A stretch of 63,091 nucleotides of DNA, counting the filler, from Octopus bimaculoides (taxonomy: Eukaryota), in NCBI RefSeq assembly GCF_001194135.2. It is 5 parts of 5 records of this genome, joined end to end, with 100 filler letters (N's around TTAATTAATTAA, not from the genome) between each part and the next. Parts side by side here need not be neighbours in the genome. Positions count along the whole stretch, not along the records: positions 26,763 to 56,585 come from NC_069002.1; positions 56,686 to 59,164 come from NC_068984.1; positions 59,265 to 61,818 come from NC_069008.1; positions 61,919 to 63,091 come from NC_068987.1; 1 more part is not named here. One strand, written 5' to 3'. The translations under genes were made by a program, and so were the position numbers. The notes below the pieces were generated by a model that was not told the origin of the DNA, ran no database searches, and was given only the letters and a program-made list of their open reading frames with translations. This document shows positions 52,847-63,091 of this stretch, one piece after another (position 1 is the first letter of the stretch; each line of letters starts with the position of its first letter).

Positions 52847-53880
52847 TATCAAGTTGAGTAACGTTTTGAACTATGAAGAATTTGTACCGCATTTTTGGTT
52901 GACCTTTTTTTAAACATCTTTTTGCAACTGTTTGATAATAAAGACATGGACTTAATAAATCAACATTTTTTTTTACCGTTCTTACAATCATCTGAAACGG
53001 AACTGTCAAAGCGCGATATTCGAGCAATTTTGCTATTCAACTTCAAAAAGGAACGTAAAGCAGCTGAAACTGCTCGCGATATCAACGAAACGTTTGATGA
53101 GAAAATGACCAGTGAGTGGTTAGCTCGAAAATGGTTTTAACGATTTCGCAGTGGAGACTTGAGCCTTGAAGTTAGTGAGCGTAGTGGACGCCCATCTGTC
53201 GACGATGACGGTCAATTAAAGACCGTCATTGAGAAAGATCCACGTAAAACCATTTGAGAACTGGCAAAAGAACTTCATGTTAGCCAGAAAACTGCCTGAA
53301 ATCATTTGCATACGATCAGAAAATCAAAAGAGTTCGATAAATGGGTACCACACAGTTTGAATGAAAATCAGAAAATGCGCAAATATGAAATTTGCTCTTC
53401 GCTTCTTCTCCGTAACTAGACCGATACATTTCTCCGCCGAATTGTAACTTGCGATACAAAGTGGATTCTGTACAATAATAAAAATGATTCTCGCAGTGGC
53501 TGGACCAAAATGAAGCACCGAAAACCTTCCCTAAACCTGAGCTCTTCAAAACGAAGGTTATAGTGACTGTTTGGTGGTGTACTGTTGGAATCATCCACTA
53601 TATCTTCTTAAAACCCGGAAAAACCATTACTACAGAAACATATTGGCATGAAATTGCCAGATTGAACGAAAGACTGCTACTCCTACGTCCCAAACTGGTC
53701 AACAGAAGAGGACCAATCATTCTTCATGACAATGCTCGATCACACGTTTCACTAATGAAGCTGCAGCAGTTGAGGGAACTTGGCTACGAAGTTCTTCCCC
53801 ACCCAGCTTATTCCCCAGACCTTTCTCCTACCGACTACCACTTTTTCAAGCACCTTGAAGGTTTCCTGCTAGAGAAGGAG
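52847..53880 (+). mobile_element. Mariner (D,D34D-type) transposon, decayed and 3'-truncated
   Basis: HTH region DIRAILLF...AAETARDIN, WVPHSL, VTCDTKWI, HDNAR and HPAYSPDLSPTDY, with several stops and frameshifts. Begins after a TA at tatcaagttgag. Confidence 0.95.
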
Positions 53881-54243
53881 TTAGGAAGAATCGGCCAGAT
53901 CTCAGTCGCCCTTCTATGTCAGCAAAGGATTTTGAATTGATAGTGCTTTCATCAAGCAGTGAATCTGGAAATGGATCAGCAGGTGAAGATGAAGATTTTC
54001 CAATTCCATTTTCCATGAAACGAAAAGACGTCAGCAAAAACGTAAGTTCAAAAGGACCAATAAAACGAATGAAATTCCCAGAACTAGCTTCTACGTCTGA
54101 CCGCACCGGTGTGTCAGCAAGTCCTGCTGCTCTTCTTACGAGTTTAACAGAGTTGCTCCTAAAGGATTTCGCATTAAAAAATATATTCTTAAAATCATAT
54201 TTTGAAAATCTGTAAAAAGTACTTTTTTCGCTCCACCCTAATA
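53880..54243 (+). mobile_element. Fragment of a second putative DNA transposon joined to the mariner
   Basis: KRMKFPELASTSDRTGVSASPAALL resembles the DRTGVS motif of uncharacterised invertebrate transposase-like proteins (recalled, unverified). Ends in ccaccctaa-TA. Confidence 0.35.
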
Positions 54244-55451
54244 TACATACAAACAGACATATATGAATAATTTACGATTTAAGTTTTCTAAACTTATATA
54301 TAGAAAGTTTTCTAAAGTATGTATTTATAAACGTAAATGTAATTTCGTATGAAAATAGAACAAGTATTTGTTTTTGAATGTTTGTTTAAATTCCCATGTT
54401 CCCATTACGATTTCAGTATTTTGCCCTAAAACAGTACAGATCATTTAGATGATTAGGAAGTATAGTTTTAAAATTTAATTAAGAATGGAAACGTTGGGCG
54501 TATTTTAGAAGCGTATGCCACTGATGTCCTCCCAGAGGCCTTATTTTTAAACAGCGTTTTGGCTAACTTCATACAAAATGAACGAGTATCTCGCTCGATG
54601 ACAGACTCTCAAAAACACACATTCAAACACACACACTTAAACATGCACATCCCTCACCTCACTAAAAACTTCTTATTCTAAAAAGACAAATATAGAACTG
54701 TGCAACACAGAGGCCTCTACATTAACGTTCGTTTTGCTAGATATAACAACAAAAAATCTTTGAAGTCAGATCTTAGCTGATTAAAAGTGATGGATACTTT
54801 GAATTATGTAACCTGGTAAGAGAAACAAAGTACCACGATTATAGCAGTCATCATAGTCAGTGATCGTAATTCCCTGGTGTGGTTCATTCAGCCATGTCTA
54901 ACTTGGGGTTGAACAGCATCAACAACTCACACAGATGTTTCTAAACTGATAAACAAATTTTGATATTAAAAACATTCAATTATCGTTAATCTCATTATCT
55001 TTTAATCTCTCGTCTACATATTTAAATCCCTGCACTTGTTTACTTTGTTGCAAATAAATAATTAAAATTTACTCATTTAGTTTAATAAATTGTGTGGACA
55101 TAACTGTCATTTTCTGTAAATATTTTAGAAGATTATCGCTACACATAGTGACATTTAACTGCTCGAAAATGAGACATTTAGAACTACACAGAACATTCAG
55201 AGTTAGATAGAGAGGCATTTACAGTTCGATAGGGAGTATAATTACTGTTACAAAGGGAAACCATGGCTTCGTGCAAAAGAATATTGTTTCGCAATCACTG
55301 AGCGACATCCGCATGAATTTGCATGAATTTGTTTCTCTCATCGTCCCGGCTCGCTTGATATTCAATATGATGTGAGTGGGATTCGCTTCACAGAATTGTG
55401 CAAAAGCCAACATACAAACACACACAAACACACACATACACACGCACACAC

Positions 55452-55945
<494 letters not shown>

Positions 55946-56544
55946 ATTGTTTACACGAACTGAGTAACAATGGCATGACGTACAGACCTTTTCATTTTAT
56001 GATTTAACGTTCAGGTTTTTTTATGTATTTTTTGTAAGTTTTCGCCAAAAATAGTTCGTTGAGGATTTCTCTTTTTATATTACCTGCTCCAAAGTTTTAC
56101 ATGACTTTATTCATTTAAATTTATAAAAAATTCTAAATTTCTTACAACTTTCGTCGTGATAAAATATTATTTTTATCACCGTTGTAATGTTGTGCTAAAC
56201 AGCTATCACAAACAAAATGCCAGCTTCCAAATCCTCTTTTCTGATTGGGTAAACATTATTGAAATTTAAACCTGAGTAACATTTTTCTGAAATTTTTCTA
56301 GAGTAAATGAATAGCAACACTAAGTTCAGCTTGAAAATTTAAATAAATATACCAAATATGCAAGTTTTCAATTACTTTTAAAATTTCAAAAGCTATGGGA
56401 GCAACAGAAATGATCCAACAACACAAAAGACAAGCGGATTGGATCAGTATTTCGTCTCCTTAAGAAATCTAATTACATACATCTCCAAATATGTGTATAT
56501 GTTCATGGGTATATATGTTTTTGTGTATGTGTGTGTATACATAG

Positions 56545-56585
<41 letters not shown>

Positions 56586-56832
56586 NNNNNNNNNNNNNNN
56601 NNNNNNNNNNNNNNNNNNNNNNNNNNNNNTTAATTAATTAANNNNNNNNNNNNNNNNNNNNNNNNNNNNNNNNNNNNNNNNNNNNATATAAATGTATATA
56701 TATAAATATATATTTTTATATAAATGTATATATAGAGTGTGTTATAAAAATTTATGGAAAGGTATCCCATAGAACTCAACAAATTTGTAAAATTGGAGAA
56801 GAGATATTAAAATTTAAAAGAATTTTAATACA

Positions 56833-56941
56833 TGCATACTATTGTTTCAAACAGCGATATTAACATGTAAATTCATGGTAGAATAACTAAATAAATTTGA
56901 TTAAATTGAATTAATTACATATCACTGTTCTCCTCAGTGCA
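56833..56941 (-). ncRNA. Type I hammerhead ribozyme, PLE-associated, with an extended stem II
   Basis: TGCA-CTGAGGA-GAACAGTGATAT...ATATCGCTGTTT-GAAAC-AATA-GT-A-TGCA. Both core boxes, all three stems and a GUA cleavage triplet are present. Confidence 0.75.
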
Positions 56942-57829
56942 AGAAGTATAAATAAAGAGATATTAATACAGCAGACTTGATGAAGCAGAGAAAAAATTTG
57001 GATATACGTATTTACACTTATGAAAACCGAGGCAACTAACGGTTACTTGAAAATATGAATGAGAAGGGTTTTATGAGACGTTCCTTCTATAGAAGAGTAA
57101 GTAGATAAGTAATTCAAATTCCAAATAAGTCATTTATTAGGAGAAGTTTAATAGAGGTGTCCACTGGAAAGTCATAGTTATGTTTGAATTAGGATATGAC
57201 ATGACAGCTATAAGTAATATTAGGTATGGTGTGTATTTAAAAACAAATTTTTGTGTGATAATGAGATTAAACTAGTGGATTTGGTATATAGGAGGCTTCT
57301 AGAATGCAACGAGAGCAAGAGTTTGGTTTTAAAATGCGTAAAGATTTACATATAATGGATTTGTGTTAGTGTAAGAACTTATATTCATTTGTGTGTACTA
57401 AATATAAGGTAAAAAATATGAAAAGATAAAAAATAGGGAATTAGTTGTTAATATTGCTGAATTAAGATTGTAAATACTTGTTGTGGCTATAATAATTTTA
57501 AAAAACGTTCAGAGGTATAAAATGTGTAGTAAAACTAAAAATTAACAATGTAGACGAGATAACATAACTAGAGAAATGATAGTAAAAATTTAAAGCTATA
57601 ACAATCGATATTTAGTAGGTTGACTATGTTTATGTATAATTAAAAATGTGAGTTAAGAAGCTAGCTTGGCATAAAGTGATGGGGAAGAATATAGTAATAT
57701 TATGTAGGTAACGAGTGTTTAAGTAATAGAAGGTAATTGTGCATTGTGAATAGAAGAAAAAAAGAAAAAAACAAATTATTTATTATTTTCATGTGTTTGG
57801 GGTGGCATGAGTTGAATAATAAGTCAATA

Positions 57830-58740
57830 ACCACATCGAAACAGACATCTTCTATAAACCCACAGATTCTAAACAATACCTATTATTCAACTCATACCAC
57901 CCAAACACATAAAAATTAATATACCTTATAATCTTGCAAAAAGAATCTATACCATAGTTTCAGACACCTATACTCGTGAACGAAGACTCCTTGAACTCAG
58001 ATCAATACTAATCAAAAGACATTACCCAATATCATTAAAAAATGATGGCATTAAACGAGCTAAGGAAATAGATATACGAACATTAAGGGAAGTCAACCGA
58101 AATACTAAACCAGACTTAAAAATACTCCCATACATCTCCACGCTTAACCCTAGAAACAACGAAGCCTTCGACATTATCATCCAAAATCTACCCATCCTCA
58201 CAGGAGATAAAACAATGAACAAAATTTTAGCCTCACACAAAATTATCAAAAGCAAAATGCAACCTAAATCATTGAAAAAAATATTAACCAGCGCAAGACA
58301 ATATCCATTAAAACAGAACCAAAAGTGAAAAAATGTGGTCGACCTAACTGTGGTACTTGCCTCCACCTTTTGGAGGGCTCAGAGTCCAACTTTAAACAAG
58401 GTGAAACATTTAAGATTAAATCAAATTTCTCCTGTGCCTCGGAAAATCTAAACTATGCCATTACATGCTTAGGGGGTGGTAATAATTATATTGGCCAAAC
58501 AGGAATATCATTCCGTCGAAGAACCACTCTCCACAAAGAACAAATCCGCCACCCACAATACAGACAGATACAGGTCAGTGAACACATAGAAAAGTGTGCT
58601 CTGGGAATCTTAATCCTAATTTCTTAATTTTCCCCTTCTATCAATGTTCACAGAACACCTCAGTACAACAAAGAATGAATAAAGAGGCAACTTTCATCAA
58701 TGAATATCTTCTACAACTCAATATGAACACATAACATAAT
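57830..58740 (+). mobile_element. Penelope-like element: RT thumb, linker and GIY-YIG endonuclease (5'-truncated, frameshifted)
   Basis: TDIFYKPTDSKQYL.FNS.HP, NIPYNLAKRI, KCGRPNCGTC and YAITC...YIGQTG...RRTTLH. Confidence 0.9.
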
Positions 58741-59383
58741 ACAGAACACTACTAAACTTTCAATTAATACCAGTAACCCCCATAAATCCCATACACCATT
58801 CACATTACAGATATTGCACCAAATCCAGAACTATTTACTTCCCTTACACATAATCTTTTTACTCAGGGACTAGTATACCTGACACCGTTCAGTAATCGGT
58901 ATGCATTCAAAGCAATGGTTAATAATTTTTCGAAACCGATATTCTTTTGAATCTCTTTAACAATTCACAATAATGACTTTTATTACTTTTATTCTTACCT
59001 CAGCTTATCTAATTGTATATTTCTATCGTTACTTTTCATAAAAAGCCTTTACTTTTTTTGATGTCCAATGTGCATTTTCGCTTACCTTTCTTCTTACTTT
59101 CCCCTTACATTTCCACGTGTAGTTTCTATTTTCTTTTGGCAACATATTTCTATTATATGTACATNNNNNNNNNNNNNNNNNNNNNNNNNNNNNNNNNNNN
59201 NNNNNNNNTTAATTAATTAANNNNNNNNNNNNNNNNNNNNNNNNNNNNNNNNNNNNNNNNNNNNGTTGTACCTCGTTTATCATTTTGTCCATGTTCTTTT
59301 GCCACGTCATGTACCCAGTTATGTATCTATATGTACATGTAGATGAAGGTATCTACATACATGTACATATATATATGCATATA

Positions 59384-59414
<31 letters not shown>

Positions 59415-59418
<4 letters not shown>

Positions 59419-59680
59419 CGGAGACCCCCTTCAGTCACAAATGACCATGGGATTGCACCTAGAAAGTTACCATCTGAGGCACAAGTCCGGAAAAGCAAAG
59501 GCTGATACAGCTTGGCACCAGTGATGTCGCAACTCATTTCTACAGCTGAGTGGACTGGAGCAATGTCAAATAAAGTGTCTTGCTCATGAACACAACACAT
59601 AGCCTGGTCCAGGATTCGAACTCACAACCTCGCAATCATAAGCTCGATGCTCTAACCAACGAGCCATGCACCTGCACATA
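59415..59680 (-). mobile_element. SINE family E-related copy
   Basis: cagctgagtggactggagcaatg...ggattcgaactcacaacc. Confidence 0.75.
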
Positions 59681-59898
59681 GCTATGCCAATGTATATATA
59701 CTCTCTACTAGTTTCAGTGATGGAGCACTTCCTTCAGTCGAGCAAATCAACCCCAGGACTTATTCTTTGTAAGCCTAGTACTTATTCTATCGCTCTCTTT
59801 TGCCAAACCAAAAATTAAAGGTGTTTATTTATTTCCTGCATGTCTGTGTGTCCAACCCATGCCAGCATGGAAAACGGACGTTAAACGATGATGATGAT

Positions 59899-59950
<52 letters not shown>

Positions 59951-60439
59951 TACAGAAAACAATAGGCTGTGTCTTGAGGGAGATTTACCTATTTTTTCTA
60001 TCATTCTAACTATGAAATGATATCTCCTTCATTGGATCATACACATACACACATACATACACGCAAGGCTGTCACTCTACTTACACGCACGCACACACAC
60101 ATAAAAGTAGGCAATAATTTAGTTGTTATTTCTATCAAGTTTAGTTTAACATGCAGAATTCTCCTTTATTAACTCTTACATACATAAGACATTAGGATGT
60201 GATTTCAGGTAGATTTGGCTGTTGTTTCTATCAGAACTAGTTACTATGTAGAGATCTTCATATTGGCTGATATGTACATACATACAGATGTAATTTGTGG
60301 GGAACCTTATTCTATTTCTAACCAGTCTAGCTACCATTCAGAGGTCTCCCTCATTGATTATATATAATTTATTGTGTAAGGCCAGTACAATGCTAGATGG
60401 TACAAAGTAAACTACAAAAGGAAAAGGAAACAAACCAAA

Positions 60440-60800
60440 GTTGCAGTTTTACCTTGTATTTCTGTATTTTGGGGTCATAACATCTTCTTCAGGACATTTG
60501 GAGAAGTGAGGGATGGAAAAGTCATTGCTCAGACATATGGGGGGGGGGAGCAAGGTGACATGTACAGACTGGTATTGCTATAGTATCCTGTCTACTCCAG
60601 CTAGTTCCTGTTATGAATGGTTGGTTTCAGTTTGTTCATAAGGAGGGCCTCCATGATTCTCAGATTGACTCTGTTGCATTGAGTGGCCCTGATGGATACT
60701 TTAAAATCCTGGGTCTCACACGTCTTTAGGAGTTTTTTCAAAAATTTAAGTGTCTGTATCCATATATTCTTTTATTTGGGAAACAAAATAAAATTATCAT
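60440..60800 (-). mobile_element. 3' end of another Penelope-like element
   Basis: DFKVSI...NLRIMEALLMNKLKPTIHNR (GIY-YIG C-terminal motif) followed by a pLTR-like region. Confidence 0.6.
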
Positions 60801-61934
60801 ATATGTACAGTCCTCATCCCTCATCATCTTTTGAATAAAAACCAAGGCATTTCAGTATTTTATCAAAAACAGGACGACCCATTTCAGAGTGCTGGTAAAT
60901 TCATAACAAAAGTTGCAAGGGAATAGCGTCATGAGGAAAGGAGAATGAAATGGGGCAACAACAAGTATATAAACAATTACAAAAATTGAGATGTACAACA
61001 AAAAATTAAAAAGTGAATATATTTTTCCTGGAATAAAAAAAATCAAAACAAACAAATCAAGGACAATTGAATAGTATATGTAACTCTACGAGGAAAATAG
61101 CTGATAGATTGCGAAGCATTAGGCCCTGAATGATGAGAGACATGTAACAGATAAACAAGTCAAAGGTATAGAAACAAGTTATACGTAAATAGAGAATTAG
61201 AACCCAAAGGCATTGTGAGAAAGGTTAGAATCAGGCTGGACAATGGTGGAGAGAGAATGGAATACAAAGGAGGAATTGAGGGAAAAAATAAGACAGCGTT
61301 GATGAAAGAGGAAATGATTAAAGGGAGAGAGAACGAGTTGAGAGAGAAAGAGTTGAGAGAGAAAGAGTTGAGAGAGTTCCCAATGTTTGTAAATATGTGG
61401 TTGAGTTGTTGTGTTAGTTGAACTGTCGATGAATACAGCCAAGTTTGTGCATCTGTTCACATAGGAATCTCAGATGGAGAATCTTTGAAATGTCTTACAA
61501 ATCTTTACTGTGCCACTAATAGATTGGATTTGGAGAATCTGCATCAGTTTCTATTGCTTGTTTCTATGAAACCGATAATTCTAGCTTTTTGTTCAAATTT
61601 GTTGGCATGTAACCTAATACACCTATGGTGATAGGTACTAATGCCAATTTAATTTGATTTGCATGTATGTATGTATGTATGCATGTATGTATGTATGTAT
61701 GTATGTATGTATGTATGTGTGTTTGTATGTATGTTTGTTTGTATGTATGTTTGTTTGTTTGTATGTATGTTTGTTTGTATGTTTGTTTGTATGTTTGTAT
61801 GTTTGTTTGTATGTATGTNNNNNNNNNNNNNNNNNNNNNNNNNNNNNNNNNNNNNNNNNNNNTTAATTAATTAANNNNNNNNNNNNNNNNNNNNNNNNNN
61901 NNNNNNNNNNNNNNNNNNTATATATATATACTCT

Positions 61935-62145
61935 TTTACTCTTTTACTTGTTTCAGTCTTTTGACTGTGGCCATGCTGGAGCACCGCCTTTAGTCGAGCA
62001 AATCGACCCCAGGACTTATTCTTTGGAAGCCTAGTACTTATTCTATCGGTCTCTTTTGCTGAACCGCTAAGTTACGGGGACATAAACACACCAGCATTGG
62101 TTGTCAAGCGATGTTGGGGGGACAAACACAGACATACAAACACAT

Positions 62146-62192
<47 letters not shown>

Positions 62193-62320
62193 CGACAGGC
62201 TTCTTTCAGTTTCCGTCTACCAAATCCACTCACAAGGCTTTGGTCGGCCCGAGGCTATAGTAGAAGACACTTGCCCAAGATGCCACCCAGTGGAACTGAA
62301 CCCGGGACCATGTGGTTGGT
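61935..62320 (-). mobile_element. SINE family A/B, young copy with CpGs retained
   Basis: caccgcctttagtcgagcaaatcgacccc...gaaccgctaagttacgggg...ggtcggcccgagg. Confidence 0.85.
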
Positions 62321-62899
62321 ATATATATGTATATATGTATGTATGTATAATTGTGCATACATCTGTATATACATTCTTCCACATGTTTTCTACATAATTT
62401 TAGAGTACATTTGGAACACATCAACGCGATACAATTTAAAACATTTCTTAAAATTCCCAGGATATCCAAAAAATATCACGTCACTAAGGGTTGTATAGTC
62501 GAATATGAAACCGTTTTAATTCTGCTATTCTTCCTACATATTGTCGATGATATAAATATAACAGAAACAGTTCTATTTTAATCAACACTAATTCTTACAT
62601 TACTAAAGTTTGATCTTTCAATTTAACTAAAATAAATTCTTATATTATTTAATCAGTGATTATATCAAGGGAATTGATGAATACATGGATTTACGATTGA
62701 ACTGAAGTCAGACTGGAGCATCGTCTTGATATTTTAGTTGATGTATACATCTGTACGTATATATATTGATGTATATATAAGTTGATTTAACTTATGGATA
62801 TATATATATATACATATATATATAGAGAAGTGTTGAAGAATTTAGAAGAAGATATGTAAATTTTTGGACTAAATGCAATGTCTTGCTTTATAATTTCTA

Positions 62900-63049
62900 G
62901 GCTGTGTGGTAAGTAGCTTGCTTACCAGCCATATGGTTTCGGGTTCAGTCCCGCTGCGTGGCACATTGGACAAGTATCTTCTACTATAACCTAGGTTTGA
63001 CCAAAGCGTTGTGAGTGGATTTGGTAGACAGAAACAGAAAGAAGCCCAT

Positions 63050-63052
<3 letters not shown>
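62900..63052 (+). mobile_element. SINE family A head
   Basis: ggctgtgtggtaag...gggttcagtcccgctgcgtggc. Confidence 0.8.

Positions 63053-63091
<39 letters not shown>

Overview
AT-rich, microsatellite- and transposon-dense eukaryotic DNA with many assembly gaps. The repeat families suggest an octopod cephalopod genome (inference). No host gene can be identified with confidence. One well-signalled minus-strand exon (896-1051) and a few weaker ones suggest an intron-rich gene in the left ~26 kb. Most recognisable content is TE debris: several tRNA-derived SINE families, RTE-clade and R4/Dong-like (RLE) LINE fragments, three Penelope-like element (PLE) relics, a decayed mariner and a Merlin/ISXO2-like transposase relic. 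The top finding is a nearly canonical type I hammerhead ribozyme with an unusually long stem II (56833-56941, minus strand) next to a PLE. Also notable: two long fold-back palindromes, a ~155-bp inverted repeat pair, an identical 198-bp direct repeat, SINE-derived minisatellites, and a shift from CpG-decayed to CpG-retaining DNA near 26 kb. TE and SINE boundaries are approximate.
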